From Strigamia acuminata (Eukaryota): a stretch of DNA of 64,000 bases. The stretch's first letter is position 1, and every line of letters starts with the position of its first letter. The notes beneath the pieces are model-generated. The model worked only from the letters and a program-made list of their open reading frames with translations, was not told the origin of the DNA and did not search any database. This document shows, in pieces, positions 1 through 13,477 of the stretch. The DNA lies in the NCBI GenBank assembly GCA_949358305.1, contig OX442314.1:12214001-12278000 (forward strand), in the 5' to 3' direction. Position numbers and translations under genes: made by a program.

Positions 1-369
1 GTCTTAAATTTTGGATAATAGAAGAAATAGATCTTGTATTATTTAAATTTTGCGAATTAAATTTTTTGGATTAATTTCCAAAGAATTTTAATCGTGAATC
101 GGGGAAATACACTTTGCGGCCCAACACCTCGCAGCAGACGGATTTGTGAAATGCGTATCGCAGTTATCGTGATTATGTTCACGTCCGACATGAACGTATT
201 ATTTTAATGACGTGCTGTGATTGGTTGAGATCTATTAATGTCGGTTCGTTTCCTCAACGCACTTTTCTCAAAATGATGTTTCTGAGGTTTTATATGTTAC
301 TTTTTTTCTTACAAAGGGGGACTACGTTTAATGTGTAATTTTTGTTACATCTCCATTAATGGAGTCACA

Positions 370-1210
370 CTGAGCGCGATGCGACGCGAATCGCATCGCC
401 ACCACGTGACAAGCGATTGCATCGCCATCGCTAGGCGAATCGACCATCTATTTGGCTATTTGGCTATTTCGCCACATCTGGTGATGAGAAATGAAAAGTG
501 CTGACGTCACGATGATATTTGGAACACACTATTGTGATCTAAAATGGAGGATGATGAGTAATTGGCTATCAGCATCGTATCTTAAAATTCAAAGCAAAAA
601 AGATTATAGATGATGGTGGGTTCATCTAATACTGCAGGGCCGAAACAGAATTTGACAGAGGGGCGCCGCGAAATATTTCAATATTCCAATAACTGATGAG
701 ATCGCACCAAGAAGACTCGATTGAACGCACCCAGACGTCATCCAAAAGTTACGAGACTTGCGTAGAAGCATACGACACATTACATGAATTTTTTTTGGGT
801 TGACGCGAAAAAATTTTAAAACATTAAGTGCGCCGTGAACAGAAAAAGGTTGGGAATCATTGGATTTGGATATTCTACACTTTATTGCCAGTAATGCAAC
901 AAGATGATGTCGATCTATACCAAAAGTAATATTAAAACTTTGTGTGGTAAACAATTTGGCAACATTTTCCCCTCCTTTTGTTCATAGTTTGTATCTTGTA
1001 GTCACTTTTCAAACACCTCTTGTTCTATTGCCATTCATTCCAACAATGTTTTCATTCCAGCACATGTGTTTATTTTTTTTTTTAAAAAAAAAAACAGAAA
1101 AAAATAAATCAAATCTGTGACTTTGCTCTCAGCCAATCAGGTGAGATTTGGTCTCACCGAATTATTGGCTACGAGCAAAATCGCAGACCAAAATAGTACT
1201 GGTTGCATGT
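370..1210 (+). mobile_element. Probable decayed PIF/Harbinger-derived non-autonomous element
   Basis: ~608-650 translates to R*WWVHLILQGRNR, resembling the RRWWVHPI N-terminal motif of Harbinger transposases. Palindromic segment at ~1114-1187. Boundaries approximate. Confidence 0.4.
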
Positions 1211-1339
1211 ACTATCAAAACTATCAAACTATCATCAGACATGTAATGAAAATGTCTTCATTCTCTCCTCCTTATCATGAAACAAATTAAAAAAGAGCCA
1301 GCAAGACAACACCCAATATCTGTATGACTCTGCATTTCT

Positions 1340-1540
1340 GCAATTAGTCAAAGTAAAAAATTCAACTAGAAATGAAAAGTGTTTTGTTCCTAAATTTAAC
1401 AAATTTAAATAATGATTTCTTTCTATTTTAGCACAGGACTCCATGTGGCGATTAAAAAGCAATGAAAAATAAATATATCGGTAAGGTATATGTTTTATAT
1501 TTATTTAATGAAGAATATAAGATTTCATTTTGGTTGTTAA
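1340..1540 (-). promoter_or_regulatory. Orphan upstream/5'UTR block of the family (remnant of a further copy)
   Basis: Carries the CAGGACT...GATTAAAAA...GTAAGGTA...GAATATAAGATTTCATTT motifs found upstream of the paralogs, but no recognisable coding exons follow. Confidence 0.5.
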
Positions 1541-2799
1541 CACCAGTCGCAATTCTGGCGTGCATGTTTGGGATGGATGCATGCAGCATCCAGCATTCAA
1601 TAGGATGCTAATCCCCTTAATCATGTAGTGTATAAATGTAACCTTGTACAGGTCGAACCTCGCTGTTACGAACAGGTTGTGGGAGCAATGAATGATTCGT
1701 ACTAGCGAGAGTTCTTACAACGAGTATTTCGTTAGAATGAATTAGTTTGTTATAACAAGAAATTTCGGAAACATGAACCCTCTTTATTATTCCCATTGGG
1801 TGAGTATAATAGTTTGTTGTTCACCCGGAATACAACTTGATGAAGGATAAAATGTGACGAATAAATAATCACCGTTACATAAGCTTACATGATTGATATG
1901 GAACGTATTTTAATTGCTTTGTAATGGAATACAGTAACTTTACTTAAGAAATGTCTTCCATATATCATCACCGGTATCATAACAAATTCCCCTTGCTGAC
2001 ATGTGAAACTCTCTTTGAAATTTTCCCACTTCCGGACACTGTATTTGAAGGCAATCGAGATACGGCTCAATCTAGGGATTACAAAAATATTAGTGAAAAC
2101 ACAAAATGTTCAATTTTTAAGTTACATCTCCTCCGTGAGTAAACATTTCGTTTTCACAGACGGAAAGTTTATTGAAAAGTGATTCTTTATCCTGTTAGTC
2201 AGTTGTACAAAAAGGTTATCTATTAGCAAATGTGAAATTTGAAAGTATCTAATACTCACATCGTGGTTGGAATAAGATTGCAATTCCTTTACGAATTTTT
2301 CATGATCAATTTGCTGGAAGTTATTATTCTGCGTATAAAAAGCAGAGAAACCATAAGACATAAAGAGAATTATTAAAAGCCTGACTTGTACTTACTATGC
2401 TGCGCGCTCTTATATGACAAACTCTGTATATGGAATAAGCAAAGTCACAATCCTGTAAGATTTAAATGAACAAATAAATTATAATTGGAAGGCAGTAACA
2501 ACATTAAGGTGACTAACTTGTAAGATAAGTTGGGTAGTACTAATTTGATGGTGCTCTACAACGTTGTAATTGAAAATTTTTCTCTAACCTGATTGGTTTA
2601 GAAGTAAGCAAGTGAATGACCTTGAAAATGGCCTTTAAGGTCAAATTTGATGACATCATTGGATTCCTCTTACCCAACTTCCTATACGATCGCTTTATCA
2701 AAGTTGGCCGAGATGCAATTGCTCAGGAAATATTTAGAGGGGACCAGACTTTTAGAACACCCTGTATAACCCCCAATTCATTTGAATAAAATTAGTTCT

Positions 2800-3866
2800 C
2801 TCCAATCGTTCTAGCATGTAATAATCGTACTTTCAGCAACATAACAACACTCCCGTTAATATTATTTTTGCTGCTCAGAACATCAATCTCACGTCCAAGT
2901 ACTCTGCTGACCGCATTCAGTGCTGTTAAGCTACTGTTGCCAACCATTCTCCTCCCACTTACTAATATTTTCAATACTATCATTGACTCGTCCACTTAAC
3001 CCATTGCCTGGAAACATTCTGCCATCACCCCTCTTTTCAAAAGTGTTGATAAATTCCTCATCTCAAACTTCCGCCCTATCCTTCTCCTCCTCCTTTATCT
3101 AAACTGGCGGATCGCTGCATCCTTTTGCAAATTTGCCCCACCATTACGAAAAATTCCTCCCTCAAATAATTTGGCTCTCACCCTGGTACCAATGCCCTCC
3201 AAATCATTCTTACACAGTACTTCAAAATCATCCGTTGTTGCAACTTGCGTTGTCACATTCACATTGCCAAAACTGATGTGTCCAAGGCTTTCGACACCCA
3301 TCTCAGTCCCACATCCTCACTTCTTTGGAAAAGCAGTCTATTGGCCTTTCCCCATTGTTGCTCGTTTCGTCTTACCTCTCCAACGGGTCGTTTCATATTG
3401 CCTCTGATCCCTGTGTTCCCCATTATCGGTGGGGTTATCCAGGGCTCCGTGGTTGGCCCTTTACTTTTCAATTCTGTTTCTAATCCTATCCTTTACCTTC
3501 TGCTAACGTCTAACATCCGCTCTTATGTTGACGATAATTTCCTTTCATGTATAACTCATACAAATTCTAGTATTAACCCCTCTGATCTTTTTTCTGCTGA
3601 TCTCTCTATCCTATCTGATTGGTATTCTGCTCATGATATGAGCCTAAACCCTACTAAAACCAAAATCACGACTTTCAAACGGACTCCTCACGCGAGGTTT
3701 TCCCACCCCACTGATTCTATTCCCATCCTTGGACTTACTCTTGGCCCACACTTGACTTTTGTCCCCCATATCTCTTACCTTCTTACTAAATTCCTTTTCC
3801 GCTCCGGGTTTATTGTTAAATACCTTCGTCGTTGTATTATCACTCGTTCCGAAATGTCAAAGTATA
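2800..3866 (+). mobile_element. Decayed non-LTR (LINE) reverse transcriptase fragment
   Basis: Motifs WKHSAITPLFK, NFRPI, DVSKAFDT, GVIQGSVVGPLLF, YVDD, MSLNPTKTK; frameshifted and deleted. Confidence 0.85.
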
Positions 3867-3868
3867 TA

Positions 3869-5962
3869 CAACTCCTTGCCAAAAAAATGGAATAATCAAT
3901 TTTTGACAATGCTTTTTCATTTTATAATTGTAATTTGAAGACGCCCATACAAAATTATGAATCGTGCTTTTAGTATATAAAACTACAATTATTAAGCTAC
4001 CATTTGGTCGAAACAGAACAATAAAGTCACTTCTGGTCGCTATTTTATTCAAATTTAAACACGGACAAAAAAATGGAATATTTTTTTTCCTGTGCCAAAA
4101 AAATAGAATAATCCAATAAAGTAATTGAATTTTGCAAATTAGTATACGCTTTACGTTAGATGACGCCATACGTACATCGCCCACACACATCTAAATATGT
4201 CTCAGCATGTCTGGCCAGTGTGAAGTTCTAATTCATGACAAACATGGGTGGCAAAAAAGACTTGTCACCTGCGACGAGAAAAGTAATTCTAAAGTTCTAT
4301 CAAGACAATAAAACGCAAGCAGAAATCGCCAAGGCTGTTAACTGTAGCCAATCTACAGTGTCAAAAGTTCTCAAACAAGTCAATTCAAATCATGGACTCC
4401 ACAACAACCGTGAAAATTGTGATAGAAAGCGCTCAACAACTGCCAGAGATGATCGAAAACTGTGCACAATTGTGAGGAAAAACCGATTTAAATTGACTTG
4501 ACAATATCATAATATGTGGAAACAGGGAAATATAGCTACTTCCCATTGCACAACTGTCCGTCGACTTCATGAACTGAACTTTAAAAGTTGTGCACCAAAC
4601 GTAAGCCACTGTTAACACAGAAGCAACGACAAAAACGAGTTAAGTGGACGTCGGAGGATTGGGCAAACGTAATTTTCAGTGATGAATCGAAGTTTTGTAT
4701 TTCATATGGTGACTGGGGTGTCACGGTTTGGAGAACAAAGGATGAGGCATATCACCGAACAACTTTAAAGCAATGTGTGAAATTTCAGTGAAGTGTGATG
4801 ATATGGGGTTGTATGTGCACACGAGGTGTTGGGCACATGACAACCATCAAGGGGACTGTTAATTCTGAAGAATATCAAGATCTACTCGAATATTTCCTAA
4901 TTCCATCTATTGAGGACCTTTTCTCCGATGATGATGATGCTGATGTCATTTTTCAGCTAGATTTGGCCTCTGCCCATGCTTCGAAATCAACCAAAGAATA
5001 GTTTGAAACACACAACTTCAATGTACTTTCAGGCTGTCATTAAAGGTCAAGTGCACTGAGTAGGATTTTTTTATTTTCTGAAAGCCCATATTAAAAAACT
5101 AATAATTATCGGGTAAAAGATTAAATTGTTTTAGTAATTATTTTATAATAACAATCCAAAAACGTAGTTAACAAAAAGCAATGCATGATGGTCGCAGACG
5201 TCTTGCCCTGCGTCATCAGTTCGAATCAGACAGTCATGCACACGCGCAGACTGACTGTCGATTCAAAATTCGATTCGTAATTTTTTAAATGATTCAAGAT
5301 TGTTCAAAAATGTTTTTTTTATTTAGCATTGATAGCAACTAGGACAAAATTATATTTTTAAGAATTTAAAATTAATCCTGTCATTGAAAAACAATGGATT
5401 GATTGAGGTCGGACATCTTGGATCCACCCAGATCCAAGAACTGGATCCAGGTCAAATGAACTTTAGAACTGACTACGTCATACTCCCATCACGCATTGCT
5501 GTTTGATTCTTACGTTTTTGGATTATTATTATAAAATAATTACCGCAACAATTTAATTTTTTTTATAATGATTATTGGTTTTTTAGTACGGGCTTTCAGA
5601 AAATGTAAAAATCCCACTCAGTGCACTTGACCTTTAAGGCAAGAGGATACCTGACCAAATATTAAGTTCTTTTCATGTGTATTTGATTATGTTTCAATAA
5701 AAATAATTACTTTATTGGATTATTCTATTTTTTTGGCACAAGAAAAAAAATATTCTATTTTTTTGTCCGTGTTTAAAGTTGAATAAAATAGCAACCAGAA
5801 GTGATTTTATTGTTCTGTTTCGACCAAATGGTCGCTTAATAATTGTAGTTTTATATACTAAAAGCACGATTCATAATTTTGTATGGGCGTCTTCAAATTA
5901 CAATTATAAAATGAAAAGGCATTGTCAAAAATTGATTATTCCATTTTTTTGGCAAGGAGTTG
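3869..5962 (+). mobile_element. Tc1/mariner transposon, decayed, with long (~255 bp) TIRs
   Basis: TIR CAACTCCTTGCCAAAAAAATGGAATAA / reverse complement; TA on the left. Transposase pieces 4235-5030 (HTH, VIFSDESKF, MIWGCM, FQLDLASAH) and C-terminus AVIKARGYLTKY* split by a MITE. The SPDLNPIE segment is missing. Confidence 0.9.
5044..5633. mobile_element. MITE with TTAA TSD (Kolobok-like ends), nested in the Tc1
   Basis: TTAA|AGGTCAAGTGCACTGAGT ... ACTCAGTGCACTTGACCT|TTAA; long imperfect TIRs. Confidence 0.8.
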
Positions 5963-6687
5963 TTATGTTATTTGTATTTTATAAGAAAATGTTTTTTCAA
6001 TTCATAAAATAAAGATTTATGCTGTTTTTTTTTCAATATTCGTTTTTATTTAGTTTATTGCTTGCTTTGTCAGGAAAGCAAACAATTTTCTAATTTTTTT
6101 ATTGGTTGTTTTGTCTGGAAAGCAGTCAAAATGTCAGCCAGTGTTTTGATCTATTTTATGGTATCACTACACAAGTCAAATGGCTCGACCAATGGAAAAT
6201 AGGCTAGAGTATAGTATACTTACTCTTTTAGCACCAACGACAGATTTGACAGCACGCCTACAAGCTTCATACATCCATTGACTCTTAAAATAAATTTTAC
6301 TGTTAGCAATGAGTTAATTATTTAATTTGTGTGTAACTAAGAAATACAACCTGCGCAATATATTTCCGCGAATTGAAGCATTCCTAAAATAAATTACATT
6401 TGTATTTACAGATTTTATAGTTTGAAATAAACGTTTAGTTTACATATACTGCAGCAAATGAGGACGAAACAGTAATAACAATGAAAATGCTCAGCAAGTC
6501 AGCATAATTCTAGAAAGCTGAAATGACAATGGTAAAAAGAAATCATTCATTACATTTGTAAAATTTCTTATGTTTGCACAGGACTTGAAAAACGTACTGG
6601 ATCCATATGGTGATTAAAAAAAGTAATTGAAAATGTAAGGTAGGTTGTTTATTCACTTACTTGTTAGCGTAGAATATAAGATTTTAT

Positions 6688-7515
6688 TTAGTAGTTTAGT
6701 TTTGGTATAACCATTTCCGGACAGTGAACTTGAAGGCAATTGTAGTACGGCACAACCTAGAGATTAAATTTTTTTAATGAAAGCACGAAATGTTCAGTTT
6801 TTAGTTACATCTCCTCCGTGAGTAAACATCTCGGATTTGCAGCTGACAAGTTTCTCGTCAAGTTGATCTACATTCTGTTAGTCAGTTGTACAAAAAGGCT
6901 ATCTAAGAGCAATAGTAAAGTTTAAAAAATCCAATACTCACATTATTGGTGGAAATTGATTTCAACAAGTCTACAAATTTTTCGTGATCAATAAACTGGT
7001 ATTTATTTTGCTGCGTATAAAAAGCAAGTTAATTGTAAGATGTAAACCGAATTATTAAAAGGTTGACTTGGACATACAATTTCGAGCGCTCTGATATGAC
7101 AAATTTCATAAAGGAAATAAGCTAACTCACAATTCTAAAATATTTAAATGAGCAATAAACTAATACGGAGTACCATAATTGATAAACAGTAATAGAACGA
7201 GAAATTTGTAGCCTACATGCATTTTTATTGAGGACTCCTCCTTGAACCATAAGTCTGCATTTTTTATGGAAAAGTTGACTCTTAAAATAAATTTTATTTT
7301 TAATAATAAGTTAATTACGTAATGTGTCATCTTCTACATAAATAAATACAACCTGCTTAATGAACAGCTTTGAATCGAAGCATTTCTAAAATAAATTAAA
7401 TTGTATTTACAGATTTTACAGTTTAGAAGTTTGAAATACAAGTACACATTCAGTTTACATATGCTACAGCAAGTGAGGAGAAAGAAGCAATAACGATGAA
7501 GATGCACAGCATCAT
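6688..7515 (-). pseudogene. 8-Cys secreted family copy B, 3'-truncated
   Basis: MMLCIFIVIASFSSLAVAY|KCFDSKLFIKQ|SQLFHKKCRLMVQGGVLNKN|NCELAYFLYEICHIRALEI|QNKYQFIDHEKFVDLLKSISTNN|NVDQLDEKLVSCKSEMFTHGGD|VVPYYNCLQVHCPEMVIPKLNY*. The last exon runs into the upstream region of copy A and loses Cys8. The intron-3 donor is GC (GT in paralog D). Confidence 0.75.
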
Positions 7516-8622
7516 TCCAGAAAGCTGAAATGATAGAATGGTATAAATTGTACAAATGTAATGAATGATTTCTTATGTTTGTACAGGACCTCAAACGTAC
7601 TGGATCCATATGGCGATTAAAAGTGTAAGGTACCGGTAGGTGGTAGGTTGTTTAATCATTCACTTGTTAGTTGAGAATATAAGATTTATTTTAATAGTTT
7701 TGGCATAATGATTTACTTGAATTACATGAATAATTAATACAGTTAATGTAAGATATAAACATTGGGTTTCAATAATTAAATATTCAAATCCTGTATGAGA
7801 GAAATGGCATAATATGAAAATATTATTTTAAAACATTTTCATGAAAACCTGCTTATGGAACAATTTCAGAATTAAATTTTTCAGTTTGCCCCATAAAACA
7901 CGATTGTTTTCCAATTTCTAAAATTAGGCTTGCAAAAAAATGTTTAATACAAAGCCAGAATCGTCTACATATTGCCCCCTTCCGATAAAAAAAGGTGTTT
8001 TTGTTGATCCTGCCTCTCAAAAAGGTTTTTTTTTGTATTATGGAAGCCAAAAATTGTTGGGGCAGCAAAAAGTGAAAAAAAATTTTTTTTGTAAATTTGG
8101 GACCCGAAAAAGGCTGCAAGAATGTCCTCGGACTTTAAATTCGCCATTAAGGTCCCGAAGTCACACTGCGCCAAGTGGCCTCAAGTGATATGAACACTTT
8201 ACTGGGAAAAACGTTAGAAAAAATCTCAGAATGCAAAAGAAAATTACTGCTACCAGGCGGCTTTACGACGCACATCATCATGGAGTTTGTTGTAGACAAT
8301 GATGACAACTTGGTCTGCGGCCAGGAACGACTAATACTACAACAGAATAGCTCAGGTTTTTAACTCAGCGTGCCTCAATTGGGGACACAAAGCGAAACAA
8401 ATCATGAAATAAAAACTAACAAGCAAACAGATGATAAATTCAAAATTCCAAACCTGGACTCGTATCCCTTTGGCGTTCATCCCGAATGAGCATTTGCACA
8501 CAATAAAATGTTAGAAATAAATAATTACCATTACATAAACTTATGTAATTTATTTTTTTATTTGTTTGTAGTGGTAAAAATACAGGCGTTTTTATTTAGA
8601 ACTTAATCCTGTATTGTATTCA

Positions 8623-9470
8623 TTAATCGTAATAATACCTCGCCCTAACACCTTCGCAAATTCCTTTTCGTGAGAGGTCATAATCTCTTCGAACATTAAC
8701 AATTTCCGGACACTGAATTTGTAAGCAATCGAAGTATTGCGTATCCTAGAGATTAAAAAAGTTATAGTAAAAGCACAAAATTGTTCAATTTTTAAGTTAC
8801 ATCTCCTCCGTGAGTAAATACATCGTTTGCACAGACTGAAAGTTTTTTTGTAAGTGATTCTTTATTCTGTTAGTCAGTTGAAGAAAAAGGTCATCTGTGA
8901 GCAATTTTTCTAAATTTAAAAACTTTCAATACTCACTTCATTGATGGAATAGGATTTAAGTAAATTTACAAATTTTGCGTGATCAATTAGCTGGGATTTA
9001 CTGTGCTGCGTGTAAAAAGCAAATCAATCGTCAGATGTAAACAAAATTATTAAAAGTTTGACTTTCTACATACTATGGCGAGCGCTCTGTTATGACAAAT
9101 TCCATAAATGAAATAAGCGAACTCACAATCCTAAAATATTTGAATGAATAACAAAGTAGTAATTGCAAAGTAAGTACGTACTTACATAATTATTGTTGAC
9201 CACAAGTTTAACTTCTTGTTTGCATTCGTTATGGATCCATTGAGCCTTAAAAAAAATTTTATTTTTAACTTTATTACGTAATGTGTCATCTTCTAAATAA
9301 ATAAATAAAACCTGTTTAATGTATATCTTCGAATCGAAGCAATCCTAAAATAAATTACATTGTATTTACAGATTTTATAGTTTGAAAGTTTGAAATAAAC
9401 GTTTAGGGTTTACATATGCTGCAGCAAATGAAGACGAAACAGTAATAACGATGAAAATGCTCAGCATCAT
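8623..9470 (-). CDS. 8-Cys secreted family copy C (intact, 154 aa)
   Basis: Exons 9470-9414, 9344-9312, 9245-9186, 9130-9074, 9005-8937, 8866-8801, 8745-8623; all GT-AG, phase 0, introns 55-70 nt. MMLSIFIVITVSSSFAAAY|DCFDSKIYIKQ|AQWIHNECKQEVKLVVNNNY|DCEFAYFIYGICHNRALAI|HSKSQLIDHAKFVNLLKSYSINE|NKESLTKKLSVCANDVFTHGGD|DTQYFDCLQIQCPEIVNVRRDYDLSRKGICEGVRARYYYD*. Confidence 0.88.
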
Positions 9471-10302
9471 TCTAGAAAGCTGAAATGACAATGGTTAAAA
9501 GAAATCATTCATTACATTTGTAAAATTTCTTATGTTTGCACAGGAATTGAAACGTACTGGATCCATATGGTGATTAAAAAAAGTAATTGAAAATGTAAGG
9601 TAGGTTGTTTAATCACGTACTTGTTAGCGTAGAATATAAGATTTTATTTAGTAGTTTTGGCATAATGATTTGCTCGAATTACATGAATAATTAATACTGT
9701 TAATGTAAGATATAAACATTGGGTTTCAATAATTAAATATTTAAATCCTGTATGAGTAAAATGGCAGAATTTTAAAATATTATTTTACAACATTTTGGTG
9801 AAAACCTGTTTATGTAACACTTTCAGAATTAAATTTTCCAGGCTGTCCCATGAAACACGATTGTTTTCCAATTCTTAAAGATCGGGCTTACGAAAAAATG
9901 TTTAAATACAAAGTTGTAGAGCATCATTTATTTCATCTAAAAATTAAAGGGCTACTTTTATAGTGGAACCGTTAGTTGTGAGCAGTATCTACATTTTTCC
10001 TCAAGTGAGCCAAAAATTAAAAAGTGCTGGAAAGGTGCTCGGTCGATAGGAAATGATGTAAAAAAAAAACCGATCTTTGTGGTCGGAATGTGCATATCTG
10101 GTATCGATAGTTTTTATGACAAAAAAAGTTGTCTGGAAACTCTGCTAACTATTCGTAATAATTAGGGTCCGGATAAATGCATAAATGCATAGGAATTATT
10201 TTTATTCAGTAAAAAGCCAAAATTGGCTATTAATGCATATTTTCATAAAATGAGAAAATAAATGCATAAATCACCATTTTTCGGGAAAAAAACGGCGATC
10301 TG

Positions 10303-11977
10303 CAGTGTTGTATCTCGTTCATCAAATCGCAAACTAGTTCAAGTTCGCATTCATCACCGTGTGAACTAGTTCACATTCGCATTCAGTTCACTTTTTTTCA
10401 AAGTGAACTAAGTTCTAGTTCGCGAACTTGAACGCTTGAACCAATAGTTCAGTTCACTTTTCAAATTTTTTTTTTAAATTGACATTATTTTTTTTACAAT
10501 TGTATATTTGAATAAGAGATTTATTTAATGTAAAAAAATGTACAAACACTCATTGAAAGTATCAAGTTTTTGAAATTTCGAACACAAAATCTGGATAATT
10601 GTTGGAAATCACCCGACACAACAATACAACAAGTTGTCAGGGTTAAAAATTACGAGTGGTTTTATAAAATTCAAATACCGTAGTTAAATATTAAAACACT
10701 CAGCCCTGATTGGCTGTCACATGAAAGGTCTAGTAGACGTATCATCAAACATTTTGTGAATTTGAAATTCAAAAATTTTTAATTGAATTGATCCAATTCA
10801 ATTGAAATTGACTGATTTGAACAGAAAAACCCCCTAGAAACTTCCCTGCAACATGCTGCGATCCGGGTTATTATCAAACTTATTACTAATAAATAAGCCT
10901 GAAACCGCAGGTGAATGCTTAAAAAGACTTATATCGCGGCCACAAATTATCTAGGGTTAATTTCATGGAAAATAAAGGGACAGTTTTTACGATAAAAATC
11001 ACACAAATCTTTTATTACAGTTAAATACAATGACTAGTGAAAATATGAGAATAAGAAGCGACAAGTCGCGAAATAATGAGCGGGAAAATACAATAGAAAG
11101 TCTCGTAACGATTGTTACGAGACGAAAGCGTCAGAAATGGCGCTTTACAACTTGGAGTTGTTACGAAGGCGAAATTCCTTCGTTAATCGACTCACGAACG
11201 ATGGTCCTGGCGACGATGGTTCTCGTGGGTCCTTCTGTGGCTCGTGCAACGGCTCGGCGGCGGTGGTTGACGGCTACAGGCGTCCGGTCCAGGTACGATG
11301 GCGATGGTTGCCGTTCACGCGGCAACGATGGCGATGGTTCACTTGGATTGGGAACTTCTTCACTTCGATAGCTGAAATTAGCGTTGGCTAATTTAAGCTG
11401 GATTGCTTGTCTTGTACGGGTTGCACAAGAAAAGCTGGTGAAACTAAGTCCAATCACGGTCCTCTGTCAATACGTATTGTCGGAGCAAATATCGCAGTGA
11501 TGTTGAGGTTTGTGATGTTGAATTTAGAGTCCCGATTGAAGCTAGGGCGCGAGCCGGCACGCTTCAATATTGCGCAGATAATCTGCGCAATTAGCTAAAA
11601 CTGGTGCAACAGGGGATTATTACACTATATTGCACCATAACGGTTAATAACCGTTTTCACCCCCGGACAACCTGAGGTGATATGTGCCTAGAGAGGATTT
11701 CTCCCCTCGGTCACATGATCTGACTTGGCGTGTGCCACAGTCAAATTAATTAGAAGACAATTAATTTTATCTTCTAAGTTGGTGAAATATATTGATATCA
11801 CCACAAACACAACTTAACAAGGCAAACGTTCACTTCGTTCACGTTCACTTCAAAAAGAGAACTAAGTTTGTTTTTTCCGTTCACTTGTAAAAGTGAACTA
11901 GTTCGCGTTCTTAGTTCGCGAACTAACGAACTTAGTTTGCGAACGCGAACTAATAGTTCGCGTTTGATACAACACTG
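10303..11977. mobile_element. hAT-like non-autonomous element
   Basis: TIR CAGTGTTGTATC/GATACAACACTG; 8-bp TSD GCGATCTG/GCGATTTG; GTTCRC subterminal repeats. Empty site seen in paralogous blocks at ~42555 and ~48753. Confidence 0.8.
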
Positions 11978-12604
11978 GCGATTTGTGTCTTTTTTTTTAA
12001 TGATACGTAACTTGTATGGATGAATTTTTGCCTTTTTTTTAAGACACGTATCACGTACTTATGCTTGTGTTCGGAAAAATGAGGACTTCGCCAAAAACAT
12101 ACACCAGGGGAAGTCACTAAATTAGTGTCTAGAAAAAGTTTTAAGAAATTATCAAATAAAAAAATAAAAAAAACAGAAAAAGATTAATTGTAATTGCTAA
12201 TTACAATTCATTTACATCAAGAATACTTTGAAAGGGCATGAAGTTCTTATTTAACACCTGATTTCACTCGAATAAATTTTTTTATTTTGCATATTTTATG
12301 CGCATAAAACAAATTTTATTTTGCATAAATATCTGAGGTCTAGTAATAATAATATGTGGTGATCTCGTTTTATTTTCATGTTTTGTTTAAATAAATATCA
12401 CCACTAAAAAACATAATTGTGCAATACATGTTAGGTTTAATCGTTATAAGTTATTATTAGTTTTACGTTTGAAACAAGTTTGTTTATCTGATGCAATTAA
12501 CAGTTATTGTTTCAATAGTGCATGATGCAAAGATGTATTCTTATTTCATTTATTGTCTGATGAAATAGCGCATTGTTATTTGCTAAGAACCTGTTACTTA
12601 AGAG

Positions 12605-13300
12605 TAGGGTTTCTCAAAAACCGGACATTTTGAAAAACCGGTGTTTCGGTTTTCAATATTCAAAAAACCGGTAAACCGGTATTTTTCGGTAATGAAATAA
12701 AATAAAATAGCTCCAATGTTTAATAGCTTTATTTTAATTTTTCTTTTTAAAAAGTAAAATTAAATAAATACAGTTTTTTTTCTGAGGATTTTTTCTCATT
12801 TTGGATACAATTTTTAATATATTTCGTGGTCTGATTTAAGAAAAAATATTTTCTGGTTAATGTGTCTGCTTAAACTAGTTAATGAGACAGAATTCAGGGT
12901 CAAGTTAATAACACACTACTTCAATTGGGTTTGTAATTTTGACACCATTTTTAAAACATACAGGCAACTATTAATAATTTTGAGAATGTTTTTTTAGATA
13001 TGGTAATAACAACAATAATAATAAATAATAATGGGAACCTCAGTGAATCAAACCACTCAAGCACTTGTCTATTGGACCGAATTTTTACTCAAAAAACTAT
13101 AAAAAAAACAATTATAATAATTAATGGAAGATATAAATAGTTAAAAACTGACCATTTCCTTCCCTAAAATAAAATATTTCGGCAGTATTAACCATACTTT
13201 TCTTCCAATAAAAACTGGTACCGAATACCGAACTAAAGACGGTATTCGGTATTCGGTATTTCTTTAAAAAATACCGGTTTTTGACGGTAGAGAAACCCTA
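12605..13300. mobile_element. hAT-like MITE
   Basis: TIR TAGGGTTTCTC/GAGAAACCCTA; 8-bp TSD CTTAAGAG; ACCGGT subterminal repeats. Confidence 0.85.
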
Positions 13301-13477
13301 CTTAAGAGTTACACAGTTACATTGTTATGTATTCGCTTCTCACTTGCTTGCATATATGTCGAACAGTAAAGACATGTTACTTTTGTGTTCCATAAAACGT
13401 GTGTTCTCACTTCGATTCGGACTCTCGAAATACAACAATACAGCCGTTTTTATTTATCTATAACACAATTTTATTCA

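Larger units (their letters stand above)
1940..6505 (-). pseudogene. 8-Cys secreted family copy A; exon 1 frameshifted; intron 3 expanded by LINE/Tc1 insertions
   Basis: Exons 7-4 lie at 1940-2452 (DCDFAYSIYRVCHIRARSI|NNNFQQIDHEKFVKELQSYSNHD|DKESLFNKLSVCENEMFTHGGD|IEPYLDCLQIQCPEVGKFQREFHMSARGICYDTGDDIWKTFLK*). Exons 3-1 lie at ~6224-6505. An 8-bp insertion after the ATG gives ATG CTG ACT TGC TGA. Joining the two halves into one gene is inferred. Confidence 0.75.

Noticed and set aside
622..954. 110-aa minus-strand ORF
   Set aside because: Non-ATG start, no recognisable motif, overlaps a probable transposon relic.
8175..8470. Coding-looking plus-strand block repeated at ~28615-28930 and ~30760-30910
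   Set aside because: Stops and frame differ between copies; treated as an unidentified relic carried within the duplicated spacer.
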